Positions 20,020 through 30,394 are shown, counted from the stretch's first letter. The stretch is 64,000 bases of DNA from an uncultured Clostridia bacterium (GCA_944391855.1 CALXVB010000003.1:1-64000), one strand, 5' to 3'. Made by a program: numbers and translations. Notes: generated by a model not told the origin, from the sequence alone.

Positions 20020-21822
20020 ATGACCACTTTTTTACTATTATATTTTTCGGTAATAATTATTCTTGTAATAATACTTTTAATCAACAGAACCAAAAATAAC
20101 AATCAGCTAGCAAAAATATATACATGTAGCTTAGTTTGTATATTAATATGGGTTACGGCATTACTGTGTCAAATGACTTTTGCTGAAAGGTATAACATTC
20201 CTCCTATATATTTTGATTATGTAGCATATATAGGTATATGTTTTCTGCCTATTAGTGTACTCTTTACTGGTATATGCTTTTCAAAAACGCATGTTACTTT
20301 TAAGAAAAAGCATCTATTGCTATTTATTGTACCAATCATAACTTTGCTATTACTTTGGACAAATGACTACCATCATTTATTATATGAGCACTATTCTATA
20401 TACTTAAACGACTGCGTTTCCGGTCCATATATGATAATGCATAATATATATTCATACGGTTTGCTCTTGATTGGTGTAATGTATTTATTAATATTTTCTT
20501 TTAGGAACTCAGGATTTTTCTCAAAACAATCAGTACTGATTTTTATTGGAATGCTTATTCCTTTAGTAGTTAATGTTTTGGGAACATTCAAAATTCTACC
20601 TATGACAATATATATAACACCTATGACATTTACTCTAACAATGATATTTACTGCACTTGCAATTTTTAAATTTAACTTTTTGTCCGCAACGCCTATTGCA
20701 CTTCAGCGTATTGTCGACACTATGTCTGATGGATATATAGTTCTAAATACTTATAATGTTGTAGTAGATTTTAACTTATCTTTGTTAAAAATGTTAAACA
20801 CAACTGAAGAGAAAGTTAGAAACAAGGATTTTATAGAGCTTCTTAATTTCACTGAATTTACTAAATCTGAAATTAAGAAAGTGGCTCACTATATAGCCTT
20901 ATCAAAAAGCAATAATAAAACTTATACTATGGATAAAGAAAGCAAAGTAACAGAAAAGTATTTTCATATAGAAATAAGTGGATTAATGTCTGAAAATACT
21001 AATATAGGAACTTTAATACTCCTTAAAGATACGACTCAGCACATGATAGATTTACATACCATACAAAATAGTCAAAATTTACTTATGGAAAGAGAGCGTT
21101 TAGCATCACTTGGACAATTAATCGGTGGTATTGCACATAACTTAAAAACACCTATAATGTCAATTTCAGGTGCAGCTGAAGGTTTAACAGATTTAATTCA
21201 TGAATATGATACTTCTATAGGTGACCCGGAAGTTACAAATGATGATCATCATGCCATTGCAAAAGATATGTCAGAATGGGTTAGTAAAATTAAATCATAT
21301 ACAGAATACATGTCAGACGTAATTACAGCTGTTAAAGGGCAGGCAGTTACTCTTTCTGAAAATGATTCTACTTCTTTTGATATTGACGAATTAGTTAAAA
21401 GAGTAAATATATTGATGAGGCATGAATTAAAAAATGCTTTAGTAACATTAAATACAGAGATGAATATAGACAAAAGTACAACTTTGCATGGTGATATAAC
21501 TAGTCTAGTTCAAGTTATTAACAATATGATTTCTAATAGTATTCAAGCATATAATGGAGAGCCTAATAAAGTAATTGATTTAATAATAAAAAAACATGCT
21601 TCAAATGTAGTTATTTCAGTAAGAGATTATGGAAATGGTCTTCCAGAAGAAGTAAAAGAAAAATTATTTAAAGAAATGATAACAACAAAAGGGAAAAATG
21701 GTACTGGTCTTGGATTATTTATGTCTTACTCTACAATAAGAGCACATTTTAATGGAGATATAACATTTGAAACTAAACAAGGTAAAGGTTCTACATTTAA
21801 TATAGTTATACCTATTAAATAA
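20020..21822 (+). CDS. Sensor histidine kinase with N-terminal 7TM domain, PAS-like linker, HisKA and HATPase_c
   Basis: Seven hydrophobic helices in the first ~220 aa. H-box LIGGIAHNLKTPI. G-boxes DYGNGLPEE and GTGLGL. Starts 25 nt after the NRPS stop with SD AGGAGGA and no intervening terminator. Confidence 0.85.
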   Translation: MTTFLLLYFSVIIILVIILLINRTKNNNQLAKIYTCSLVCILIWVTALLCQMTFAERYNIPPIYFDYVAYIGICFLPISVLFTGICFSKTHVTFKKKHLLLFIVPIITLLLLWTNDYHHLLYEHYSIYLNDCVSGPYMIMHNIYSYGLLLIGVMYLLIFSFRNSGFFSKQSVLIFIGMLIPLVVNVLGTFKILPMTIYITPMTFTLTMIFTALAIFKFNFLSATPIALQRIVDTMSDGYIVLNTYNVVVDFNLSLLKMLNTTEEKVRNKDFIELLNFTEFTKSEIKKVAHYIALSKSNNKTYTMDKESKVTEKYFHIEISGLMSENTNIGTLILLKDTTQHMIDLHTIQNSQNLLMERERLASLGQLIGGIAHNLKTPIMSISGAAEGLTDLIHEYDTSIGDPEVTNDDHHAIAKDMSEWVSKIKSYTEYMSDVITAVKGQAVTLSENDSTSFDIDELVKRVNILMRHELKNALVTLNTEMNIDKSTTLHGDITSLVQVINNMISNSIQAYNGEPNKVIDLIIKKHASNVVISVRDYGNGLPEEVKEKLFKEMITTKGKNGTGLGLFMSYSTIRAHFNGDITFETKQGKGSTFNIVIPIK

Positions 21823-21844
21823 TATAATTTATATAAAAGAGGTT

Positions 21845-21884
21845 AGAAAATATAGTAAAAATATATGCTATATTTTCTTTTTTA
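21845..21884 (+). terminator. Rho-independent terminator after the kinase gene
   Basis: AGAAAATATAG / CTATATTTTCT stem (21845-21855 / 21868-21878) followed by a T-run. Confidence 0.65.
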
Positions 21885-21991
21885 ATTTTATAGTAAAGTT
21901 TAATCTCTTTTAATTTTTTTATAAAAAGTATCTTGATTTTTTGTCAAACTACTAATATAATTAGTTATATTCTGAATAAGAAGGTGATATT

Positions 21992-23047
21992 ATGAGAAAA
22001 AATGAGAATATTGCAAAATCTAATGGATATAAGATTATAGCAGTTGATGATGAAGAAGGAATAGTAGATTCACTTTCTATATTCCTAAAAAGGTCAGGTT
22101 ATCAGTTTACAGGAGTTACCGATCCACTAGAGGCAATAGAAAAAGTAAAAAATGAACACTTTGATTTAATGATTTTGGACTTTATAATGGAACCTATACA
22201 TGGTGATAAGGTTGTAGAAGAAATTCGTAAATTTAATAAAGAATTATACATTTTATTACTTACTGGTCATAAAGATTTAGCCCCACCGCTTGAGACTATT
22301 AGAGAATTAGACATTCAAGGATATTGCGAAAAAAGTGATAAATTTGACCAACTTTTATTACTTATAGAGTCAGGAATTAAATCTATTGAACAAATGAATG
22401 AAATTAAGAGAATAAATGAAGAGCTTTCCGAAACTTATGAAAGATTGGAAAAGGCTTACTTAGATAGTATACAAACACTAAGGTATACAGTTGAAGCAAA
22501 GGATCCATATACAAGAGGTCATTCTGATAGAGTATCTGAGTATTCTGTTTTAATAGGCAAGAAGTTAGGTTTATCAGATGATGATTTAAAAACCTTACGT
22601 GTTGGCGGGTTATTCCATGATATTGGTAAGATTGGAATACCAGACAGTATACTTTTAAAAGAATCAAAATTAACAGATGATGAATATTCAGAAATAAAAA
22701 GTCATCCATCTATTGGTGCACATATTCTTTGTAATGCAGAAGTATTTAAAGATATCATACCAATAGTAAAGCATCACCACGAAAGATATGATGGAAGAGG
22801 ATATCCAGGGCAATTAAAAGGAGAAGATATTCCATATTTTGCAAGAATTGCTGCTGTGGCTGATAGCTTTGATGCGATGACCTCAAAAAGGACTTATAGA
22901 AATTCATTAGATATTTCTATAGTACGTTCTGAAATAGAAAAGAATCTAGGAACTCAATTTGACCCTAAATTAGGCAAAATTTTCATAGATATAATTGATA
23001 ATGAATATGATAAAATAAAGGAAATACAGGAAAAATATCCTTCATAA
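21992..23047 (+). CDS. Response regulator, receiver + HD-GYP domain (RpfG-like c-di-GMP phosphodiesterase)
   Basis: Receiver (IIAVDDEEGI...DLMILDFIMEP). HD-GYP signature HDIGKIGIP...HHERYDGRGYPG. Confidence 0.9.
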   Translation: MRKNENIAKSNGYKIIAVDDEEGIVDSLSIFLKRSGYQFTGVTDPLEAIEKVKNEHFDLMILDFIMEPIHGDKVVEEIRKFNKELYILLLTGHKDLAPPLETIRELDIQGYCEKSDKFDQLLLLIESGIKSIEQMNEIKRINEELSETYERLEKAYLDSIQTLRYTVEAKDPYTRGHSDRVSEYSVLIGKKLGLSDDDLKTLRVGGLFHDIGKIGIPDSILLKESKLTDDEYSEIKSHPSIGAHILCNAEVFKDIIPIVKHHHERYDGRGYPGQLKGEDIPYFARIAAVADSFDAMTSKRTYRNSLDISIVRSEIEKNLGTQFDPKLGKIFIDIIDNEYDKIKEIQEKYPS

Positions 23048-23052
23048 TAATT

Positions 23053-23079
23053 TCCCCGGTTAGCCCGGGGATTTTTTTA
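23053..23079 (+). terminator. Rho-independent terminator
   Basis: CCCCGG ttagc CCGGGG stem-loop (23054-23070) followed by ATTTTTTT. Confidence 0.75.
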
Positions 23080-23131
23080 CTTATATAAAATTGTGGACAA
23101 ATGGAAGTAGCCCCTTTTGTCCACGATTTTC

Positions 23132-25312
23132 TTAAATTTTCATACTTAATTTTACTTTTTGTCTTTCACTATCTATTCCTATAACTTTGACTTTTACTAC
23201 GTCTCCAACTGAAACTATATCTGATGGATTTTTTACAAAACTATTGCTCAATTCTGATATATGTACTAATCCATCATGCTTTACTCCTACATCTACAAAT
23301 GCACCAAAATCTGTTACATTTCTTACTGTTCCTGTTAATATTTGCCCTTCTCTTAAATCTTCGAACTTAAGTACATCTGCTCTTAATATTGGTTTTGGCA
23401 TTTCTTCTCTTGGGTCTCTTCCTGGTTTAGATAATTCTTCTATTATATCTTTTAAGGTTATCTCTCCTACATTTAACTCTTTTGCTGTGGTCTCTATTTT
23501 TATATTTGCTAATTTTTCTTTTATTTCTTTTAATTTGTTCTTATCTGTTAAATCTTCCTTTTTATATCCAACTTTATTTAATAAATTTTCTGCTACTTCA
23601 TAGCTTTCCGGATGCACGGCTGTTATCTCTAATGGATTTTTACCGTCTGGTATTCTAATAAACCCTGCGCATTGTTCAAATGCTGCTTTTCCGAGTTTTG
23701 GTACTTTTAATAGTTCTTTTCTTTCTTTTATTTTTCCATTTGCGTCTCTATATTTTACAATATTATTTGCTATTGTTTTATTTATTCCTGCAATATATTG
23801 TAATAATGATGGTGTAGCTGTATTTATATCTACTCCTACTTTGTTTACTGCATCTTCCACAACACCGGTTAAACTTTCTGATAGCTTCTTTTGATCAACA
23901 TCATGTTGGTATTGTCCTACTCCTATTGCTTTTGGATCTATTTTTACAAGTTCTGCTAATGGATCTTGTAATCTTCTTGCTATTGATATTGCACCTCTTA
24001 AAGAAACATTTATATCTGGATATTCTTCAGTTGCAAGTTTCGAAGCAGAATATACTGATGCACCAGCTTCTGATACTATGGTATAGTAAACATCTTTATT
24101 TAATTCTTCTTTTGCCTTTTTTATTACACCTGAAACAAATGCTTCTGATTCTCTTGATGCAGTTCCATTTCCTATGGCAAACATATTAGCATCATATTTT
24201 TTGATTAAATCTAACAATACTTTTGTCGCACCTTCTTCGTCGTTTTGTGGCTCTGTTGGATAGATTGTAGTTGTATCTAATACTTTACCTGTTTCGTCTA
24301 TTACAGCAATTTTACAACCTGTTCTATATGCTGGGTCAAAACCTATTACAGTTAAATTTTTTATTGGTGCACCTAGAAGTAGCTGTTTTGCATTACTTCC
24401 AAATACTTTTATTGCCTTTTCCTCTGCTTTTTCTGTTAAATCAGAACGTATCTCTCTATCTATTGATGGTTCTATTAATCTTTTCCAACTATCTAAAATA
24501 GTAGCTTTTAAATATTCTTCAAACTGGGTATGTCCTTTTAGTATATCTCTTTCCATAAAATATATTATTTTATCTTCTGGCTTATCTATTTTTACCTTTA
24601 AAAATTCTTCCTTTTCTCCCCTATTTATAGCTAAAATCCTGTGGCTTGGTAATCTATTTATTTTTTCGTTAAAATCATAATACATATTATAGCTAGAATT
24701 TTCTTCTGGTTTTGTACCTTTTACATTCATTATTCCTTCTCTATAGCAAATACCTTTTATCTTCTTTCTATATCTAGCATTATCAGATATATTTTCTGCA
24801 ATTATATCTAACGCACCAGAAATTGCTTCATTCACATTTGCAACTATTTTTTCTTTTGGAGTGTCTTTTTCCACATTTACAAAATCTTTTGCTATTTCTT
24901 TTATTGGTCTACTTTCAGCTTGTTCATATATTATATCAGCCAAGGGCTCTAGTCCCTTAGCTTTTGCTATGGTTGCTCTAGTTTTCTTTTTAGGTTTATA
25001 TGGTCTATATATATCTTCTACATCTGCTAAAGTTACAGCATCTGCTATTGACTTTGAAATCTCTTCTGTAAGTTTTCCTTGTTCTTCAATAGATTTTAAT
25101 ACTTCTTCTTTTCTTTTTTCTAGATTTCTTAAATATGTAAGTCTATCTCCTAAATCTCTTAATATTTCATCAGATAGGCCTCCAGTTACTTCTTTTCTGT
25201 AACGAGCAATAAATGGAATAGTATTTCCTTCATCTATTAAATTTACAGTTGCCTCTACCTGTTTTTCTTTAATATTTAACTCTTCTGCAATAATTTTTAT
25301 AATCTTATCCAT
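23132..25312 (-). CDS. tex: Tex-like transcription accessory protein (YqgF/HHH/S1 domains)
   Basis: 726 aa. N-terminus IAEELNIKEKQVEATVNLIDEGNTIPFIARYRKE. C-terminal S1 domain GQILTGTVRNVTDFGAFVDVGVKHDGLVHISEL. Confidence 0.95.
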   Translation of the reverse strand: MDKIIKIIAEELNIKEKQVEATVNLIDEGNTIPFIARYRKEVTGGLSDEILRDLGDRLTYLRNLEKRKEEVLKSIEEQGKLTEEISKSIADAVTLADVEDIYRPYKPKKKTRATIAKAKGLEPLADIIYEQAESRPIKEIAKDFVNVEKDTPKEKIVANVNEAISGALDIIAENISDNARYRKKIKGICYREGIMNVKGTKPEENSSYNMYYDFNEKINRLPSHRILAINRGEKEEFLKVKIDKPEDKIIYFMERDILKGHTQFEEYLKATILDSWKRLIEPSIDREIRSDLTEKAEEKAIKVFGSNAKQLLLGAPIKNLTVIGFDPAYRTGCKIAVIDETGKVLDTTTIYPTEPQNDEEGATKVLLDLIKKYDANMFAIGNGTASRESEAFVSGVIKKAKEELNKDVYYTIVSEAGASVYSASKLATEEYPDINVSLRGAISIARRLQDPLAELVKIDPKAIGVGQYQHDVDQKKLSESLTGVVEDAVNKVGVDINTATPSLLQYIAGINKTIANNIVKYRDANGKIKERKELLKVPKLGKAAFEQCAGFIRIPDGKNPLEITAVHPESYEVAENLLNKVGYKKEDLTDKNKLKEIKEKLANIKIETTAKELNVGEITLKDIIEELSKPGRDPREEMPKPILRADVLKFEDLREGQILTGTVRNVTDFGAFVDVGVKHDGLVHISELSNSFVKNPSDIVSVGDVVKVKVIGIDSERQKVKLSMKI

Positions 25313-25458
25313 TGTTTCTTCCTTTCTTTTAATATTTACTTTTTAAGTAAAAACATATATTTTATTATATCACTTTTTTCTTCAATTATGCAAATGTTGT
25401 TTTTTGTCTAAAAATATTATATAATGTATATGTATTAAAAAATAAAGGAGGACGTTTT

Positions 25459-26142
25459 ATGGGAATCGCTTCATTTGTTGTAGGAATTACGTGTTTAATT
25501 CTATCACCATTTTTATCTGTATTGTTAATTTTACCTTCACTTCTAGGACTTATTTTAGGTATAGTAGATACAGTTATAAAATCAAAGAAAAAACAACCAA
25601 AAGGACTTTCAATAGCTGGTATTGTCCTTTCTACAATAGCTTTAGTGATATGTATCTTTGTTGTGGTAGTTGCTGTTACAATATATACTAATGCAACAGA
25701 AGCTGTATCAAGCAGTACAAGTAGCACTTTAGAAGATTTATTACCTCTTAATCAAACTTGCAATGTTGGTGAAAGTGCAACATTAGATGATATTAAAGTA
25801 ACTTTAGTTTCTGTAGACACAGATTTTGAGGATTATTACAGTTATGCGTTAGTAGATGACGATTGTAATATTGTACAAGCAAATTTTGAATTTGAAAATG
25901 TAGGAGATTACACAGAATATGTTTCATACTATGACTTCACATGCTTTGCAGATAAATTTTCTTGTGATTCTTTCTATTCTGTAGAAGGTTCTTATTTCTA
26001 TGAAACAATAGAGAGTGGTAAAAAAGCTAGAGGATCTGTATATTTTGAGGTTCCTAAAGATGCAGATACAATAGAAATAGAATATGATGGAAATTCATAT
26101 GATGACTCAGAAATAACATTTATCGTAAAAGATGCTGAATAA
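25459..26142 (+). CDS. Membrane-anchored DUF4352-like protein
   Basis: Two N-terminal TM helices, then a beta-rich domain ending in KKARGSVYFEVPKDADTIEIEY, a typical DUF4352-type ending as I recall it. Confidence 0.5.
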   Translation: MGIASFVVGITCLILSPFLSVLLILPSLLGLILGIVDTVIKSKKKQPKGLSIAGIVLSTIALVICIFVVVVAVTIYTNATEAVSSSTSSTLEDLLPLNQTCNVGESATLDDIKVTLVSVDTDFEDYYSYALVDDDCNIVQANFEFENVGDYTEYVSYYDFTCFADKFSCDSFYSVEGSYFYETIESGKKARGSVYFEVPKDADTIEIEYDGNSYDDSEITFIVKDAE

Positions 26143-26173
26143 TCATTCACTTATACACAAAATATACATTAAA

Positions 26174-26216
26174 TTATCCACAGAGTTTTACACACTGTGG
26201 ATAATTTTTGTTTTTT
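26174..26216 (+). terminator. Rho-independent terminator whose stem is two perfect inverted DnaA-box 9-mers
   Basis: TTATCCACAG (26174-26183) / CTGTGGATAA (26195-26204), 11-nt loop, then TTTTTGTTTTTTG. Confidence 0.7.
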
Positions 26217-26226
26217 GTTCATATTT

Positions 26227-27807
26227 TTATTCAATTCCTAAATACTCGTTATATGTTACTTCTCTATCAATTAACTTATCTTTCTTTAAATCTATTATTC
26301 TATTAGCAACTGTTTGAGTTAATTGATGGTCATGTGAAGTAAATAGTATAATTCCTTTATATTTGCTCATTCCTTCGTTTAATGCTGTAATACTTTCCAT
26401 ATCTAAATGGTTAGTTGGCTCATCAAATATTAATAAATTTGCACCAGAAAGCATTAATTTAGAAAGCACACATCTTACTTTTTCTCCTCCAGATAGAACA
26501 TTTACCTTCTTAAGAGCTTCTTCCCCAGAGAATAACATTCTTCCTAAGAAGCTTCTTACATAAGTTTCATCTGGGTCTTTTGAATACTGTCTTAACCAGT
26601 CTGTTATTGATAAATCAGATTCAAATAAATAGTTGTTATCTTTTGGGAAATAATTTGTTGTTATTGTAGTTCCATACTTAATAGTTCCTGAATCTGGTTC
26701 CATTTCTCCTGCTAAAATTTGGAACAATACTGTTTTTGCATTTTCATTATCTGCTAAAAATGCTATTTTATCATTTGGTTTCACTACAAAAGATACTTTG
26801 TCCAATATTTTTTCGCCATTTATTGTTTTACAAACATTTCGTACTTCTAATATATCTTTTCCTGGTTCTCTATCTGGTTTAAAATCTATATATGGATATC
26901 TTCTATTAGATGGTTTTATTTCATCTAATTCAATCTTTTCTAAAGACTTCTTTCTTGAAGTAGCCTGTTTTGATTTAGAAGCATTTGCACTAAATCTAGC
27001 AATAAACTCTTGAAGCTCTTTTATCTTTTCTTCTTTCTTTTTATTAGCTTCTTTCATTTGTTTTAATGCAAGCTGGCTAGATTCATACCAGAAATCATAG
27101 TTTCCAGGATATACCTTAATCTTACCAAAGTCGACGTCAGCTATATGTGTACATACTTTATTTAAAAAATATCTATCATGTGATACTACAATTACAGTAT
27201 TTTCAAAGTTAATTAAGAATTCTTCTAACCAATTTATACTCTTTAAATCTAGGTCATTTGTAGGCTCATCTAAAAGTAGAATATCTGGATTACCAAATAA
27301 AGCTTGAGCAAGCAAAACTTTAACCTTTTCCTTTGGTTCTATTTCGCTCATCAATTTATAGTGCTTTTCTGGTTCAATACCTAAATCATTTAAAAGTACT
27401 GCGCTATCGGCTTCTGCATTCCAGCCATCAAGTTCAGCAAATCTCTCTTCTAGTTTTGCAGCCTTCATACCATCTTCTTCAGAGAAATCTGGTTTGGCAT
27501 AAATTGCTTCTTTCTCTTTCATAATTTTATATAGCTCATTATTTCCCATTATAACTGTATCCATAACAGTATATTGTTCAAAAGCAAAATGATCCTGTTT
27601 TAAAACAGATAATCTTTCATTTTTATCTTTAGAAACTTCACCTTTACTTGGTTCTAACTCTCCAGAAAGAACTTTAAGAAAAGTAGATTTACCAGCACCA
27701 TTGGCGCCTATAATTCCATAACAACAACCTTTATTAAATTTAATATTTACGTCTTCAAATAAAGTTCTTTTTCCAAATCTAATTGTAACTCCTGTTGCAG
27801 TAAGCAT
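26227..27807 (-). CDS. ABC-F family ATPase (YbiT/YkpA-like), two NBDs, no TMD
   Basis: NBD1 has GANGAGKST and LLLDEPTN. NBD2 has LSGGEKVR and LIFDEPTNHLD, with a degenerate second P-loop (FLADNENAKT). Confidence 0.9.
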   Translation of the reverse strand: MLTATGVTIRFGKRTLFEDVNIKFNKGCCYGIIGANGAGKSTFLKVLSGELEPSKGEVSKDKNERLSVLKQDHFAFEQYTVMDTVIMGNNELYKIMKEKEAIYAKPDFSEEDGMKAAKLEERFAELDGWNAEADSAVLLNDLGIEPEKHYKLMSEIEPKEKVKVLLAQALFGNPDILLLDEPTNDLDLKSINWLEEFLINFENTVIVVSHDRYFLNKVCTHIADVDFGKIKVYPGNYDFWYESSQLALKQMKEANKKKEEKIKELQEFIARFSANASKSKQATSRKKSLEKIELDEIKPSNRRYPYIDFKPDREPGKDILEVRNVCKTINGEKILDKVSFVVKPNDKIAFLADNENAKTVLFQILAGEMEPDSGTIKYGTTITTNYFPKDNNYLFESDLSITDWLRQYSKDPDETYVRSFLGRMLFSGEEALKKVNVLSGGEKVRCVLSKLMLSGANLLIFDEPTNHLDMESITALNEGMSKYKGIILFTSHDHQLTQTVANRIIDLKKDKLIDREVTYNEYLGIE

Positions 27808-27825
27808 AATAAATTCCTCCTTATT

Positions 27826-28785
27826 TTAATCAAGCATTCCTTTTTTCTTAAGCCATACTGATGCTACTACTCCTATTAATATAGAGAATACTACTATTAG
27901 CACAAATCCAAATGGATTTTCTTGTAGTGGAACAGGTACGTTCATTCCCCAGTAACTTGCAATCATTGTTGGAATTGCTAAAATAATTGTTATTGAGGTT
28001 AAATACTTCATTACTCCATTTAGATTGTTTGAAATAATTGAAGCATACGCATCCATTGTTCCTGTTAAAATATCTCTATATATCTTTGCCATCTCTATGG
28101 CCTGTTTATTCTCTATAATAGCATCTTCTAATATATCTTCATCTTCGTCATAAAGTTTTATTAGGTTTCCCCTCATTGTTTTTTCCATTACTACCTCATT
28201 TGATTTTAAAGAAGTAGTAAAATATACAAGTCCTTTTTCTAAACTTAATAATTTTAATAATGCTTTATTCTTCATAGAATTCTTTAAAACATTCTCTGCT
28301 ATTTCTGTTTCTTTATTTAACTTTTTTAATAAGTTTAAGAACATTTCCGCATTTGAATAAAATAACTGTAAAAGCATTCTGCTCTTTTTATATGTAATTA
28401 TGTTCTTTATTTTTCTTTTTTCTAAATCTTCTAATATTGGATTTTTGTTTAATGATACGGTTATTATATAATCGTCTCTAACGAAAATAACTCCTATAGG
28501 TGCTGTACTATATACTTTTGTCCCTGATTCGATTTCCATTATTGGAGTATCTACAATAAATAATATTGTGTTATCGTCATCTTCTACGTCTATTCTGGCT
28601 TTCTCTTCTGGGTCTAATGCGTATCTAATGAAGTCTTCTTGTATGTTAATGTTTTCACATATTGTCTTTATTTCTTCATCACTCGGTGAAACTACGTTAA
28701 TCCAATTTCCCCTTATAAATTCTTTTGTCTCTTCAGTTATATTTGTTTCTATATTTGTATTATACATTTTAAACATAGTTATCAC
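27826..28785 (-). CDS. corA: CorA-family magnesium/cobalt transporter
   Basis: YWGMNVP (GMN motif) between two C-terminal TM helices. 18 nt upstream of the ABC-F gene, so probably one operon. Confidence 0.85.
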   Translation of the reverse strand: MITMFKMYNTNIETNITEETKEFIRGNWINVVSPSDEEIKTICENINIQEDFIRYALDPEEKARIDVEDDDNTILFIVDTPIMEIESGTKVYSTAPIGVIFVRDDYIITVSLNKNPILEDLEKRKIKNIITYKKSRMLLQLFYSNAEMFLNLLKKLNKETEIAENVLKNSMKNKALLKLLSLEKGLVYFTTSLKSNEVVMEKTMRGNLIKLYDEDEDILEDAIIENKQAIEMAKIYRDILTGTMDAYASIISNNLNGVMKYLTSITIILAIPTMIASYWGMNVPVPLQENPFGFVLIVVFSILIGVVASVWLKKKGMLD

Positions 28786-28845
28786 CCCTTAGGACAATAT
28801 ATTAACATAATTTTCAAGTTATTACAACTTAAATTTGAAAAAATA

Positions 28846-28874
28846 TTGACAAATCCTTCCTCAGGAATTATAAT
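28846..28874 (+). promoter_or_regulatory. Consensus sigma-A promoter of tRNA-Lys(CUU)
   Basis: TTGACA 28846-28851, exactly 17 nt, TATAAT 28869-28874. About 25 nt before the tRNA 5' end. Confidence 0.65.
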
Positions 28875-28898
28875 AGTTATGTTGTTTATATTATATAT

Positions 28899-28974
28899 GC
28901 GCCATTAGCTCAGTTGGTAGAGCAGTTGACTCTTAATCAAATGGTCGGAGGTTCGAATCCTCTATGGCGCACCA
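28899..28974 (+). tRNA. tRNA-Lys (anticodon CUU), CCA encoded
   Basis: GCGCCAT/ATGGCGC acceptor, GCTC/GAGC D stem, anticodon loop CT-CTT-AA, GGAGG TTCGAAT CCTCT T arm, 76 nt. One G27:A43 mismatch. Confidence 0.88.
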
Positions 28975-28980
28975 TTTTAA

Positions 28981-29009
28981 AAGATGCTAAACTTTTAGCA
29001 TCTTTTTTA
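28981..29009. terminator. Terminator hairpin after tRNA-Lys(CUU)
   Basis: AAGATGCTAA actt TTAGCATCTT (28981-29004) followed by TTTTT. Confidence 0.7.
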
Positions 29010-29023
29010 AGTTAAATTTATTT

Positions 29024-30394
29024 CTATTTCTTTTTTGGTGGAACTGGTGGTATTGTTTCAAATAATTTTCTTAGTTCTTCTACAGAGTCTGCTCGTACCC
29101 ATTGGCTCATTCCTTGTTTCCAAACTAGACTATCTCTAAAGAATTGTCCATTATTAGCCATTTGTTGTAATGTTTCTATATTGTATGGTCCTGTTACCTG
29201 TCCATCTACAGCCACATTATACCTTGTTTCAGGAATAGGTGGTGGTGTATTATTATTTGCTTGTGATACTGTATTACTTGACATTATTCCATTCATTGTA
29301 TTAGCAAGATTTTGTCCTACAGCACCTCCAAGTGCCATTCCTGCCATCATGGCTGCTGGATTAAATCCTGAATCTCCATTTCCTAAATCAACACTTCCAG
29401 CATTATTTTCTCCCATTTTACCCAATGCATTAGCACCAGCAATTCCAACTTCTGATTGTTTCTCAATTTTATAAGCATCAATATTATTAGATTGTGTTTG
29501 CTTATGTTGCGCATACTGCCCTTCTTCACGTTGAATACGTAATTTTCCTTCGTAATCTTCGACTTCAATACGTTGTTTGTCTGCAATATCTTTTATCTTT
29601 GCTTCTGCTTCTGCTTTTTTTGTTGCTGCTGTAATGTCTTTTGTTACACTCATAAGTTGACGATATCCTTCGCTTGATTTATCAAGTTCTATTGAAGCAA
29701 TATCTACCCCTGATACGTCCACTCCAAAGTCTTCTTTCAATCTTTCTTTAATGTCATATTCTATAATATCATTTATTTGAGATATTTTAGTCTCAATTTG
29801 AATAAGTGGAATATTATTTGCTGACGGTGCATTTGCTACTATATCTTTTGCATAACGAACTACTGTATCACGTATTTGGTTTTGGAAATCCTCAAGACTA
29901 AAATTATTTAGTCTATGTAATTTTATAAATTCTTTATAATCACTTATTTTAAAACTAATTGTTCCCCTAACGGCTAAAGGTACACCAAAATCTTCAAATC
30001 TTGGATCATATACATCAAAGTATGGTACTGCAAACTTCACTTGTATAATTCTAGCCAAGTTTATAAAGTAAACTTCTGCTTGAAAGGGAGTTCCTCCATC
30101 ATATGCTAAACCAATGATATTAGCTAGTATAGGTAAGTTAGCTGTTTTTAATATTTGGTCAAATGGTCCTACTATAAAATCTTGCATTGTTCCATTTTTT
30201 TGTTTATATACAAAAACTGCAACTTCTCCATCTTTTACTCTCAAGGAAGATCCCCAACGAATAGAGTTCTCTCTATTATTATCTCCTTCCTTTGAATCTT
30301 TAGGATGCCATTTCCATATCAAATATGATGGTTCATCACAACGGATTTCATCCATAATTCCTCCATTTTTTTCATTTCTACTAAATAACCCCAT
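29024..30394 (-). CDS. SPFH/'virion core'-like protein (YdjI-like) with C-terminal GYF_2 domain
   Basis: 456 aa. N-terminal region IRCDEPSYLIWKWHP...GEVAVFVYKQ resembles B. subtilis YdjI-type SPFH proteins as I recall them. Coiled-coil middle, Pro-rich linker, then GPYNIETLQQMANNGQFFRDSLVWKQGMSQWVRA (GYF_2-like). Confidence 0.65.
   Translation of the reverse strand: MGLFSRNEKNGGIMDEIRCDEPSYLIWKWHPKDSKEGDNNRENSIRWGSSLRVKDGEVAVFVYKQKNGTMQDFIVGPFDQILKTANLPILANIIGLAYDGGTPFQAEVYFINLARIIQVKFAVPYFDVYDPRFEDFGVPLAVRGTISFKISDYKEFIKLHRLNNFSLEDFQNQIRDTVVRYAKDIVANAPSANNIPLIQIETKISQINDIIEYDIKERLKEDFGVDVSGVDIASIELDKSSEGYRQLMSVTKDITAATKKAEAEAKIKDIADKQRIEVEDYEGKLRIQREEGQYAQHKQTQSNNIDAYKIEKQSEVGIAGANALGKMGENNAGSVDLGNGDSGFNPAAMMAGMALGGAVGQNLANTMNGIMSSNTVSQANNNTPPPIPETRYNVAVDGQVTGPYNIETLQQMANNGQFFRDSLVWKQGMSQWVRADSVEELRKLFETIPPVPPKKK

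Noticed and set aside
26174-26204. Two perfect DnaA-box 9-mers (TTATCCACA / TGTGGATAA) as an inverted repeat ~32 kb from oriC; possible DnaA titration site
   Set aside because: Together they form the stem of an ordinary rho-independent terminator followed by a T-run. One arm automatically creates the other. A single perfect 9-mer is not surprising in 64 kb, and no further boxes cluster nearby.
28786-28898. Possible Mg2+ (M-box) riboswitch in the corA leader
   Set aside because: Only 113 nt are available, they are very AT-rich, and they are largely occupied by the opposite-strand tRNA-Lys(CUU) promoter. None of the conserved GC-rich M-box helices are visible.
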